A stretch of 46,963 nt of DNA from Chromera velia (GCA_018398765.1 JAHBMJ010000473.1:1-46963), one strand, 5' to 3'; shown: positions 1 through 12,214, counted from the first letter of the stretch. Made by a program: numbers and translations. Notes: generated by a model not told the origin, from the letters alone.

Positions 1-71
1 AATGGAATCATCAGGCCATGGTTCGTCCATGGCCTATGGGCCCCGGCATTGACGATGCCGGGCCCGCAGTG

Positions 72-1234
72 CATTTAGGTCTTAATTTTTATTTTTGGTA
101 TATTTCAGTTTCATGAAAAATATTTATCATACAAGTCTCAAAACTAGTGCACCTAACTCAATTTTAATAGTTTAATGTTATCACTAACTTTGAAGCTCTT
201 AAAAAAAAGATTTTTCATACTTTTTACCATTTATCATTTTTGGTAATAAAAAAAAAAAGAATTGGTACATAATTTTTTTCTATACAAAAAAAATGGTGAA
301 TCTATTTTTTTTTTGTATGAATTGGTAATCGTTTTTTTTTTATGAGTTGAGTTGTTCTTTAGGCTTCTAGTGAGTGGACAAATGTACAAATAGTAAAAAA
401 AGATCCGTGTCACTAGAAAAAAAAATATATCAAACATATTTTTTGAGAAATTATAAGTATATATATAAGTAATAATTGAAATAAATATACTTTGATTTAT
501 ACGTATTGTATAACATTATCAATCAATCAATTAACCGTGTCCTTCTCTTTGTTTTCTTTTTGTTTCGGCCCTTCTTTTTGTTTGTTTCAGCTTCTGCACT
601 CGTTCTTTTATTAAGTCTCTCTTCTTTTTAAAGAGGCTTCTACTAATTCAGGAAGAGGAGGAGGAAGACGAGGAAGAGGAAGGAGGGGGAGAAAGGGGAA
701 TGAGAGCAGGGGGAATGAAGTTAACGTTTCTTTGCATGCATCCTTCTGTACAAAATCTGATGCCTTCTTGCATCTTGGTTGCAATGCACTCGTTCTTTTG
801 CGAAGCCCTTCTTTCCTGCCCTTCTCTTTATTTGTTTCGGTTTCTGCACTCGTTCTTTTATTAAGTCTCTCTTCTCTTTAAAGAGGCTTCTACTAATTCA
901 AAGTGCCCAAAAGTGCTTGGCACTTCTAGAACGCTTCAAACTCTTCTAGTTTAGACACAACAAAATTGAGACCTAAATGGTACGAAATGGTACTAAATGA
1001 TATGAAAAATCATACTTTTTAACTAAAAAAAAAAATGTACCAATTCTTTTTTTTTTTGATTACCAAAAATGGTAAATGGTAAAAAGTATGAAAAATCGTT
1101 TCTCTAAGAGCTTTAAAGTTAGTGATAACATTAAACTATTAAAATTGAGTTAGGCGCACTAGTTTTAAGACTTGTATGATAAATATTTTTCATGAAACTG
1201 AGGTGTACCAAAAATGAAAATTGAGATCCAAATG
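72..1234. mobile_element. Foldback/MITE-like element with ~205 bp imperfect terminal inverted repeats
   Basis: 72-~278 (catttaggtcttaatttttatttttggtatatttcagtttcatg...) is the reverse complement of ~1025-1234 (...catgaaactgaggtgtaccaaaaatgaaaattgagatccaaatg). It also has an internal ~80 bp direct repeat (~568-650 vs ~818-900) and no coding capacity. Confidence 0.7.
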
Positions 1235-1254
1235 GTTAATTTTTAACCATTTTC

Positions 1255-4113
1255 TTGTCCCATTTATCTCAATTTGATAGGGAGGGGCTGCTGGAACCAG
1301 AGGGGGGCATCATATATCTTATTTTCTCTCCATTCCAGTGTGGTTTGTATCTCGGTTTGACCCAGGCAGTACCATCACTGAGATGGAATAAGTATGTGAC
1401 AGTTGTAAAGGGAGATCGGAAAAGGACAAGCAAGGCGGTTAAGGCTAAGCAGGGGAGGAATTCTACAAAGTGATGAATTAAAAGACTTAAAGTTTGCATG
1501 AATTCATTATGCTGCCTGTTTGTCGGATTCGGACAGGGGGGGGGGACTTGAATAAACATTTGTTGCATGCGGTAGAGCTGCATGCATCTGATTGATGTGA
1601 TAAGACCGAGCCTGAATATTCGCAGGAAGATGGGAGCAGGGGAAAGGGTGCATTCTTTTCTTCCCTTCGGTCTTTTTTCGTTATTATCTGGTTGTAGCAT
1701 TCAGACAGCTCAGAGAAATCAATTCAAGAAAGAAGCAGATCGCCTGGGAGTAAAGCATGGGGCAGGGATACACTGGTTCCACACGTGGTTTTATACTTGG
1801 TTGGCCCGTAAGGCCCGACTAACGTCTCAGCTCAAAAAGACATCGTTGATTTTTAAGGACATGGTGGCATTATACTCTCATTTTTTTTAAGTGGCGTCGG
1901 ATTTGTTCTTTCGATCTATTTTTATCAGCAACCTCTCTCGGCTGTGTGAGGCAAAAGGATTCGACTGGGCTTTGGTCTAAGTGCAAGTGTGGTATCAGGA
2001 AATTCGCGTTCTTTTATTTACTTTCCAGTCTGTACGTGTTGTATTACATTCGTATATTCATTCATTTTTGATTTGTTCATGCATGGAGCAGGGGAGGGGG
2101 GTGGTACAGGGGTAAGAAGGAAAAAGAGGGTGTTTCTTTGTTTACAAGCAGAAAAGGGAACGACTCTCAGGGATCTCTTTTCAAATGAGAAAGAGGCAAC
2201 TGCACGCTTACGTTGGTCAGAGAGAGAGCTACTGCCAGTTCCGTGTACATATGCAGACATCGGATGTAGGTTCGGGTTGCACCTGATGGAGGGACATATC
2301 GTAGATAAGTGGTTGACGGCCTCTGATTTGCAGCGTCCGCTTGCGACTCCCGAGAATTGGAACTCTTGATCTCGTTTTATTCCTTCGATAAATGAGGTCG
2401 CTGACCATGTAATAGCAACACTCAGCCAAAGGCTCGCTCGATGGAGGGTGTGGGGACGGAAGTGGGGGGAGGAAGGAGGAGAAAGGAAGCGTGAATAGAA
2501 GAAAGAATTAATGTACTGCCTTAGCAAATCTTCATTCTTTACAGCTCAGGCCTGGAGGTTCTGTTCTGTGCCACCTAGAGCAGTGGTGAGAGACTTACAT
2601 AGTAAATTAGTCGATCATTGGGGAGCTGGATCGGTTAGGAAGGGACATTTTCTTTGTGTGTCCTCAGGTTTATGCAAATGCAGTAGAGAATTTATTCGTA
2701 AAGAATCCTGACTATGTATTGTACACTCAGTTGATAGAAGAAGAAACAGTAGAAAAGCTCTTTGAAAAAGGGAAAGGGATTGGGGAGTTAGAGGAGAAAA
2801 TAGGAAGAAAGTCTCGTGGGCGTTATCATGCCGTCATATATTTGGGCAAAGGATTGTGTGGCTGAAAGCAAAATCGTTTAGAGACGGGCATCCTAAACAG
2901 CTTTCTGAATTGAAGTGGCATCCACTGGTGTCGTACGTGAGATACACATGGAGAAAGCCCTTTTTGATTGTATGTCGGTTGTTGAATGGATTGCTTTCCG
3001 CTTTAAGTCCATATGTGACCTTGTTTTCACCGTTTACTTTTATGCGAGACATCGGAAAATTTAATGGGGGGTCGGGAAATATCGAATACGCCCATTTTAC
3101 TGCTGTTCGGGGAAGGATGTTACCGTCTGTTTCACATTTTAGTCAGATCTTCGTTCATGTTGAGAACATTAAGAACTTTTATCCTTCAATTCCCTAAGCA
3201 TTGGTTCTTCATTTACTTTCTTGTATGTTTGATGAGCTTCGTGCATCTCGTCGGTATTCTTTTTTGGTATTGCCTTTTTCTTCTGTTGGGGGTGTTCAGA
3301 TTCATTCTGCCACAACCATGCGGAGAGAAGGGAAAAAGTGGACGCCCAAGGGTTACACTCGGCCTACAACTTTTTTTTCAACACACGGCCAGTTTCAGAA
3401 TGCATGGGCACTTTCTTTTAACGAAATTCTGGATTTTGTGAAATTGGACTTTGCGACCTGCTTTGTGGCTGTTGGGAATCATTATGTATGGCAGCGGCAG
3501 AAGTTTGCATAAGGCTCTCCTCTGTCGCCGGCCCTTGCAAATGGAAGTGCGGCTTTGGTCGAATGTGATTGGGCCACAGCCCAGGGGATTAGCTCCTTGT
3601 CGGGCAGTAAGCGTGTGGTACGAAGATGGATAGATGATCAGCTCCTGGTTGTTCACCTTCACTTTGCTTTAGAAAAAGATCACATCTGTACAAGTCTTCA
3701 CAGGGAAGATTTTTATGCTGTTGAATGTGTGCTTGAGGAGCAAAATTCGAACACTTTTCTGCAGACTGAGTTCGAGCTTCGCCCATGCAACTGCTGTACT
3801 CACTTGTTTTTATTGCCATCGTGTGTCTTTGCTAGCTGGTGGAGTGAAGACTCCTCTTCCCTTTCCTTGCTATGCTTATGCGCGATCAGCTATTCCTGTA
3901 CATCGTCTTCTTGACACTTTGCGTTCTCATATTTTACGTGCATTTCTTTTTTCATTATATCATGATTCTTTGTTTATTGCTAGGTTTATTGCAGTTTTAT
4001 GTGGTGTGTGGAAAGAATTGCAGGAGTACAGTCTTCTTTTGCATAACATCTGTCGCATCACTTTTGGTTTGCTTTTAGCAGCTGGTCTTGGTCACCTTTG
4101 CGATCGGTTTTGA
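1255..4113 (+). mobile_element. Decayed Penelope-like retroelement (Naiad/Chlamys type) with N-terminal GIY-YIG endonuclease and C-terminal reverse transcriptase
   Basis: Motifs occur in order across stops and frameshifts: GIIYLIFSPFQCGLYLGLT..RW (1306-1386); AVE..HLIDVIRPSLN (~1570-1617); CTY..HLMEGHIV (~2244-2303); IIGELDRLGRDIFFVCPQVY (~2614-2673, DK-motif equivalent); KWHPLVSY; ENIKNFYPSIP (motif A); YVWQRQKFA*GSPLSPALAN (motif B'); RRWIDDQLLV (motif C, WIDD at 3627-3638); thumb-like PVHRLLDTLRSHILRAFLFS. Confidence 0.85.
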
Positions 4114-5482
4114 AGGAGAGAATTTAAGTTTTGTAGCTGTACTTAGGGTGGCTACAATTTTATATCGGTTAGCGCATGATGAAGGGCGGGTGCACGCCAT
4201 GTGCCTCTGTTTTGCTTTCGTCCGCCATGCATTTGTTTTTGTGGTATTGGTATACATTTGTATGAGTTAGCATGCATAAGCCATCCGAGATTAATGTGCA
4301 CTTTGCCTATGATTTCGATAATTTGCATGGCATTGCAGGCCCTTTGGATCGAAACCGCTCGATCTTTTGGCTTTTTGCAGAGGATATTGAAAGCTAACAC
4401 TCCGTAAATATCTGACAGAGTGCATGGAAGTCAGAAAATGCAGTTGATCAATTGATGTAATGCAATCAAACCCACCTTAAATCTGACTTTCAACCTCAAG
4501 TCTATACCCTGGGGGGCTCCGCCCCCCAAACCCCCTGTTTTAGTTTTTACAAAGGCGACTTTAATATAACAAATAAAAACATGTGTTACACAGCTTAACA
4601 AAATAAAGTATTCCAGCATTAAAAAAAAAAAATGTTTAAAAGTTGTTTCAAATTGAATCATTTCTTCAAAACTAGCTTCAAAGACAGTTAAAAACCTAAA
4701 ATTATGAGTTGTTATTGGTAAAAACTGGGAGAGCTCGCATGTTAGGGAAAATATGAAGTTTAACTTCAAATCTAACCTCAAATCCGGCTAGATTTGCAAA
4801 TCTAGAGCCTTAACCTCAAATCAAATGATTCAAATCAAATCAAATTCATATCTATTAAATCAAACCTGGCCACTAGTTTAGGATTGTTTAGCGGCAACTT
4901 TAGCCTTTTAAAACATTTTTCAATGTATGACAAAAACTAGGACAAAAAACTTTTAAAGTGCATTTCAAAAGTTATATTTTAGAGTTTACAGGCTCAAACC
5001 AGACTTTAAACTTTATTTCACTTTAAAAGTAATTAAAGTTTTACAGATTAGACCTAGATACGTGCTAGCTGATACTAGTCTGATATAGCGATGTATGCAG
5101 AGGGAATCAGAGGGAGAATGAGAGTTCAGGGATCGAACATCTCTCTTCCTAGAGGCTTTTGGTTTGCTTGATCAGACTGATATGTAAAGCTATGCATTTT
5201 GCTTGTCATATACGTGAATATAAAGACTTTACAAAGTTGACGCAAACCGTCTGCCACCGGCTAGGCTAGGCGCCATACATAAAAAAAAAAAAAAAGTTGG
5301 GAAGACCTAATTTTTTTTCTTTTTTTATTATTTTTTTATTTCAAGTGCCTCCAAAAGGAAAAGAATCACTTTCGACTCTGAAACTTATACACCAATCCTG
5401 TAAGGTTATACAATCACTTTTTTTAAAATGTTTTATTATACATTGTTTTGTTACACAATGTCATTTTTATAGAATTTTAATG

Positions 5483-5622
5483 AATGAATTAGTACATACT
5501 TTAGTGTGCATAAATTCAAACTATAATTTTTAGGAATGCATTAAGTACACACTTTAGTGTGCATTAATTCAAACTATTACTTTTGGGAATGCATTATCAC
5601 ACACTTTAGTGTGTATTAATTC
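5483..5622. repeat. ~52 bp tandem repeat (~2.7 copies)
   Basis: The unit aatgcattaagtacacactttagtgtgcattaattcaaactat... recurs three times with small differences. Confidence 0.8.
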
Positions 5623-6369
5623 TACGTTTCATCTTTGTCTTCTTTTTTTTCTTTAAAACGGTTTGACTGTTCTGCTTTTGGAGCAATTGTATCGTCAACA
5701 ACGCGGCAAGGACAATTTTTGAGCACTGGAGGCAAGAGTAAAAAGAGCAAAAACGGGAGCAAGAGGGTAGCCATGAGAGAGACGGTAGATTTCTCTAGAA
5801 TTTTTGCACACTAATTGTTGTATTCCGTACTGACGCGGCCCATACAGTCACCCCGGCAGACCCGGCATACCCCTCCCTGCACGGTGCAGGCCATCTGCAC
5901 TTACTCTATCTGTAGCATGCAAACAAATAATTCTGGTTCAGCACGGTGCTTTCTATAACTGCTATTGCCAGCTAATCGATGGAATGAAGTCCTTTGTTCT
6001 AGCGGATGTCCTGACTTATAATCTCACGTGTTACTGACCACGATTAATAGATTTGTTGTACTATGCCTAGACTGTCTGCGTTAGGAGTCTAGCTGGTATA
6101 CAATAGGGTAACGAGCAGTTTCTAAGAAAGACAGACATACACAGTGGCGCGCACTTCTCTTTTCTTCTTGCTCTTGCCTTCTTGATTGACTCTTTGATTT
6201 GAAGGACTCGTCTTGAACCGTCTTGTTCAAGAGTGTATCTTTATAGTTTTTCTCTATCACGCTAGCCACCTCTTTCGAAATACCTTCCTTGTTTGCGGAA
6301 GTGTCTGCTGTGGTAGCGGCACTCCAACAAGCATGCGGACGGGCTTTAAAGACGTTTGTCAACGATGCC

Positions 6370-9300
6370 CGTAAAGAGGTGACTCCTCTTCTCCTAAGTG
6401 AGTGCACTTAATTTGGTTAGATCTCTATTACGGAAAGTCTGTCAGTTCAAGGTTCACTTCCAAACTGCTTCTAGAAGCTTTGTAAGCAAGTGTTGTTTAC
6501 TCAATCCAGGCTATACGCAGCTGACTGAGTTAATTCCATTTTATTTCTATTTTATTTATTTCTCTTCTAATACAGACTGGCATGGTAGCGCCTCCATGAG
6601 CCTGCGTGCGTGTGTTAGTTTCTGAGCTACGGGCATCCCGTACGGCGGCGGTGCGCGTTAGTTCGGCTCACCCCGGGATTAGCAGGTCCCGTGGCTCGCC
6701 TCACTACGTTACGTGCCCCTTCCCCTTAAAGCGTGTGTCTCACGCGCTCTGTCCTTCTTCTCAGCTTTTTTGCGGTTAACTGCCAACCAAAATCAACCGT
6801 ACAATTCCTGTCCATTCACTTTGATCGTCGCTTGAATTCTTCGATTTTCTCTTTCGCATTTCGGAGGTGGGAGGCTGGCTCCCACACCGCTTCACTCTCA
6901 GGGAACCCCACCCATTGCACGTGGTATTGGGTTCCTCTGCCTCTTCCCCGAATACCGAGGACCTTTTCGACTTCATACTCTTCGTCGGCCTAGGAGGGCA
7001 ATCGGATGGCCGGACGGCCCTGTTCTTCGTGGCAGTACAGCTTGCACAGCGATGTGTACACATGGGGGTCTTTGCGGCTTCTCGCTGGTAGGGCGACTTC
7101 GAAATTGTCTTGGGACTGATCGAACTGGATCACTTCGAAGGGACCGAACCACAGGCTGTCGAGCTTGCGGCTGTACAGGGGAACATCGGGCTTTGTAGCA
7201 GTTGCCCACCAGGAACGATGGACAAGTATATAGTCTTCCATATTGATGTCATCGGTTGGGCGGCATCGTTTGTTGGCATTTCGGATCTGACTGGACTGGG
7301 CTGCTTCGAGAGAGGCACGGGCAGCATCAATGGCTTCTTTATGTTCCTTCAAAAAGTTAGAGGCCTCGGGGGAAGGCTGGGCAGAAGGAGAAAGAGAAAG
7401 AGCAGGGAGCGTGAGGGGTTCTCTTCCGTGTTTAAGCTGAAAGGGAGAGCGACCTGTCCCGACATGGACAGATGTGTTGTATGCAAACTCAAGGGACGGG
7501 ATGAATTCCGCCCATCGGTGATGCTGGGTCTTAACGAGGCAACGGAGAGCCTCCTCGATTGTTCAATTCATACGTTCTACTGACCTTGGTGTATCGTGGT
7601 GTGCTGTTGTAGAGAATGACAGGTGCGTGCCCGAGAGGGTGTGTAGGGTCTGCCAGAATCGAGACAGAAAACGGGAGTCTCTGTCACTGAGGATCGTGCA
7701 CTGTCACCCTTTCTTTACTGTAACATTTTTATAATATAGCCGGCTTGCCTGTTCTGCTGTTGCTGTTGTGTAGGTCCGGATCAGGCATACCTCTTTTGAC
7801 AAAGAGTTAGTCAAAACCATAAGACAGTCGAACTGTTCATCTCCGGAGGCGGGCAGTCTAACGAGGAAGTCAATTTGAGTGACTTCCCATGGGTGGTTGG
7901 GAACAGGGAGCGGTCGGAGGAGACCAGGTGGCACTCGGCTGGGAGCTTTGCTTCTCTGGCAGGGATCACAAGTATGAACAAATCTGCGTACATCTCTCTA
8001 CATCTGAGGCCAGAAGTATCTCTCTGCCATTCGACTCTAGGTTTTCCCGACCCCGAAGTGCGCATTCTCGGGAAATGAGTGGCTCTCCCGAATAAGAGCC
8101 ATGCGCTGTGAGCGAGGGACACAAAGGCGGTCCCCCCGGAACAACAGACCATCTCTCAAAGAGAGACCTTTCAAATGGGGCACCAGATGAGGGGAGGGAA
8201 ATTTGTTTAGGAAATTCTTCAGGTAAGCATGCACAGGGGCAAACCAGGGATCGTTTACATACTTCTCTCTGCAGCGCCTCTACAGATCAACATCTCCCTC
8301 AACCTTCAAGGTTATCCGGTACTGACGCTACTCAGTGCTCCCGTGCCCCCCCCCCAAAGAACGGGTCTCGCCAACAACTGCCTCCTCATCCTCATACTCA
8401 GGTTCAAGCTCGAGGAACTCATCGTCATCAGGACTGTCAGCCTGACTAATCATCGGCAGGGTAGGTTGCCTCATCCTGACAGATGACAAAAGGGCAGAAG
8501 GAGAGGACTGGACTAAAGAGGGCGGATTACGGGAAAGTGTGTCGGCAACGATGTTCGCCCTCCCCGGAATATATTTGATCGGAACCGCCATTTCCTCCAA
8601 AAACTCAATCTACCGTCTCACACGCAGACTGCAATGCTCAAACGACTTCTTCAAGTTCTCCAAACTCTTGTGGTCGGTCCAAAACTCCGACCCGGGCGTC
8701 AGGAAATGACGTCAAACCTTCGCATATTTAATGAACAATCACCAACAGCTCTAACTCCTTCACTGGGTAGCGTGCCTCGGTGGAGGTCAGGGGGCAGGAG
8801 CCGAAGGCAAGCAGACAATATGCCCCTGTCTACTGACAGCGCTGAATGACAACTGCTTCGATAGCTTGATACGACTGTGAGACGTCGTGTGCAATGTAGA
8901 CAGGCTGACTGGGGTTAGCCAGTGCAAGGGTGGCAAGCTTAAGGACAGCTTTCTTTAGAGTAATGAATGCCTAATCGTGTACAGGCTCCCACACAAAGGG
9001 GACTGACGTGTGAAGAAGAGAGAGAAGGGGAGAAGCAACCTGGCTGTACCCCCTAACAAACTTCCGAAACCAATTCCCTAACCCCAAAAACTGATGCAGT
9101 GAAGTGTGGTCAGTTGGCATGGGGAAATCCTGGAGCCCTTGCACCTTCTCAGGCGTAGGCCTGAATCCACCCTCACTGATGACCAGCCCCAGGAACTTGG
9201 CTTCAGTCCGAAACCAATCACACTTCAACAGTTTGACATAGAGAGACTCGTCGGCAAGGAGCTGGAGGACGGCCTCCACATCTCTCTCGTGTTCCTCAGG

Positions 9301-9860
9301 AGTGCGGCTGAAAATCAAGAGATCATCAATAAATACAATTACACACCTGTCTAACAAAGGGTGCAATATCTTATTGATCATACGCATGCTGATACCAGGT
9401 GTATTGCAGTAGCCAAGCGGCATGACCAGCCACTCAAACGTGCCGTACCTTGTTATGAAAGCGGTCTTCTCCTCGTCACCCTCGGCCACCCGGATCTGAT
9501 AGAAGTACTACTACCATATAAGGAGGTGACTCCTCTTCTTCTAAGTGAGCGCACTTAGTTCGGTTAGATCTCTACTACGGAAAGTCTGTCAGTTCAAGGT
9601 TCACTTTCAAACTGCTTCTAGAAGCTTTGCAAGCAAGTGTTGTTTACTCAATCCAGGCTATACGCAGCTGACTGAATTAATTCCATTTTATTTCTATTTT
9701 ATTTATTTCTCTTCTAATACAGGCTGGCATGGTAGCGCCTCCATGAGCCTGCATGCGTGTATTGGTCTCTGAGCTACGGGCATCCCGTGCGGCGGCGGTG
9801 CGCGTTAGTTCAGCTCACCCCGGGATTGGCCGGTCCCGTGGCTTGCCTCACTATGTTACG
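6370..9860 (-). mobile_element. Internally deleted Ty3/Gypsy chromovirus (LTRs 6370-6713 and 9517-9860, TSD ATGCC)
   Basis: The LTRs are 344 bp direct repeats, with TSD atgcc at 6365-6369 and 9861-9865. A PBS-like TGGTAGTAG lies at 9516-9508 on the minus strand and a PPT aaggggaaggggca at 6714-6727. The pol order is RT-RNaseH-integrase-chromodomain. Confidence 0.95.
6816..9507 (-). pseudogene. pol: Disrupted pol: partial RT, RNase H, integrase (GPY/F) and chromodomain
   Basis: [121 protein letters not shown]. Several in-frame stops and frameshifts; no gag or protease. Confidence 0.93.
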
Positions 9861-12214
9861 ATGCCGAGTGCTGCTACGACCAACTTGCCCTTGCGGCTGA
9901 AAGCTGTTTGTCTCTTCTTCGCCAGGATCGCCTCATCCTGTCGAAACAGAAACGCCGTGGGAAATGCAGGTCGTGTGCAAAGAAAAACATGTTTGTACCG
10001 GTGACCCACAGTTGTAGCGATGACTCTGCACTATGTTTGCCAACTTCGCAACCACAAGCGCAACCACCGCCATCCCTCCTTAACAGTCCTCAGGTGAACA
10101 CCAGGCCTTCCATCTCCAAATCGCCCCCTGAGCATAAGCAGAGTGATTGCTCACCCATTCCTTCTGCTTTGTCGAATATTTTTACCACAGTAGTTCCGAA
10201 ACCGCCTCCGCTGCCTGACGATCCGTCTGCCTTTGCTTCCAAAAATTTGAACTACTCGTTCTTGACTGCCTTTTCAAGGAAAGACGAGAAGAAACAGAGA
10301 CGAACGGCTAAAGTGGGGGACCACACTCAGACCAATGTCTCCCCCGACCCGTTGCTCCCGTTCCAGCCTTCCGATATCACTTTTTCAACCTCTCCAACTG
10401 CCCCCATTGCCCCGTCTAACCCGATCTCTTTTTGTTTTGCTTCTTTGTCATACCTTCATGTGGAAGAATTGCAAGTACCTTCAGTGAGGGGACCATGCTA
10501 TCAGTATGGACAACATGAATTGCAAACAGGTCTGCAATCCTTCCTCGCGTACCGTACGGATGCCGGCCACCTTGCAGGCTACCAGTGGCTCTGTAATCAA
10601 GCAGACTGCCAGCCAAAAGAGAGAGTGTACATCTGTGTACTCGTCAGATAGGAGCTTCTTGTTGATAGCTACTATGAACAACGCAAGCATCCAGTGTTTC
10701 TGCCCCCCACCCACTCTCTTTGACTCAATGGATCCCATCAAGAAGGGAAGGAGAAAAAGGGAATTTGTGTTGTGTTCCGCACTGATGCGGCCCACACAGT
10801 CACCCCGGCAGACCCGGCATGCCCCCCCCTACGCGGTGCGGGCCATCTGCACTTACTCTATCTACAGCATGCAAACAAATAATTCTGGTTCAGCATGGTG
10901 CTCTCTGTGACTGCTGTTGCCAGCTGATCGATAGAATGAAGTCCTTTGTTCTAGCTGATGTCCTAATTTACAGTCTCACGTGACCGCGATCCATAGATTT
11001 GTTGTACTATGCCTAGACTGCCTGCGTTAGGAGTCTAGCTGGTATACAATACTAATTGTTACACACTTTTATATGTAACAAGAGGGGGGTCAGGGGTAAT
11101 TGTTATACAATTTACTTTATGTAACACTACAGGATGGGTGTAGAAACTTACTTTTCCACATAAAACCGTGACGTGAACCTAACTTTTAACAAAAAAAAAA
11201 AAAGAAAAAGAAAAGTTGAGGACATATTTTTTTTTTCTTCTTTTTTTTTTTTTAATGTGCGGCACCTAGTAGCTAGGCCACCAAGGTGGTACTGAGGGTG
11301 ATCAGGCTAGCTACCAGTGTATCTCTACCAGTCTCTATTCTAATTAAACAACTCCCTAGACAACATATCTTTTTGTTGCACCACCCTTTGCAACTAGCCT
11401 TGCAATACGTGAACGTTAGCGTGAAGTTGCCGTGAACGACACTCAAAATAGTGGGGCAACACTTTAAGAAGCTGCCTGCCTTCTCTGTCTGATAGTAAGA
11501 CACTCTCAGACATTAACTTTGAGAATAGAGCGATAAGCTCAACTCTACACTCAACTGAAGCGCAAGTAAGCGCAACTGAGCATGAGCCTTTGTGCATACT
11601 TCCACAGAGGCACATGAGATTCCTAAATTCCCTTTGCACGAAGCAACGAACGGCTTCCTCCCAATAGCTATCCAGTGAGCAGACAGGCAAAAAATATATA
11701 CAAAAAAACACAGCTGAGAGACCAGCGGCCTCAGAAAAGCTCAATCACAGACCCGTGAAGAAAAAGAACAGAAAACACAATACTAGACACAACATTACAC
11801 ATTCTAATCTCTGCAGTTCATTTTCGATTTTCCCCTTCTTCCGGGGGGGACCCTCCTTCTTCCTAGTGCCGATTTTGTTCTTTTCCGGCCTCTCCTTCTC
11901 TTTTATTCCATTTCTTTCGCTCTCCCTACCTCAATGCTTCTGAAATCATTGCAAAAGGGGGCGGTACGTGTGTGTGTGTATACCAAAAAACGCAGGGTCT
12001 CTCTCGAGCTCGACGAAGGAGCTAAGGGACGTGTGGGATGAGAGAGAGAGGGAGAGAGAGGGCTATTATGTCACCTCTGCTTCATTTTTTCTTGCTTTCT
12101 CCTCTCTTGAACTACGCTCCTCCCTCTCTCTCTCTTCTTTCCCTCGTTGCCCCCCGCTCGATCTGTCTCCATCGTAGTCGATGAACCTACCATACTGCAG
12201 TCTCCCTCCATTCT

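Larger units (their letters stand above)
6247..10651 (+). pseudogene. Internal ORF of the outer LTR element, split by the chromovirus (6247-6369 + 9866-10651); possibly gag-like
   Basis: Removing the chromovirus and one TSD joins ...KTFVNDA to ECCYDQLALAAESCLSLLRQD... in frame, giving ~302 codons. It contains CRSC-x10-HSC and a Pro/Ser-rich tract. Confidence 0.45.
5816..11051 (+). mobile_element. Non-autonomous LTR retroelement (LTRs 5816-6105 and 10768-11051, TSD CTAAT)
   Basis: The 290/284 bp direct repeats start TGTTGT and end ACAATA. An identical 5 bp TSD ctaat lies at 5811-5815 and 11052-11056. A purine tract at 10741-10763 precedes the right LTR. Only ~1.16 kb of internal sequence remains once the nested element is removed. 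Confidence 0.9.
5269..11266. mobile_element. AT-rich non-autonomous TIR element (outermost layer of the nest), TA-flanked
   Basis: The left end ta|GGCGCCATACATAAAA (5269) and right end TTTTAATGTGCGGCACC|ta (11266) are imperfect inverted repeats. Both have similar subterminal poly(A)-gttg-poly(T) blocks. Confidence 0.5.

Noticed and set aside
4170..4370. Possible hammerhead ribozyme at the PLE 3' end (atgatga...gaaacc gctc gatc)
   Set aside because: There is no intact CUGANGA core adjoining a stem II-GAAA, and the stems cannot be closed without several assumed mutations.
5483..5622. CRISPR-like array
   Set aside because: It is a plain tandem repeat without unique spacers, in a eukaryotic context with no cas genes.
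11492..11505. 14-mer atagtaagacactc shared with ~27419, near both ADF relics
   Set aside because: The flanks do not align and the orientation relative to the ADF relics is opposite, so it is likely chance.
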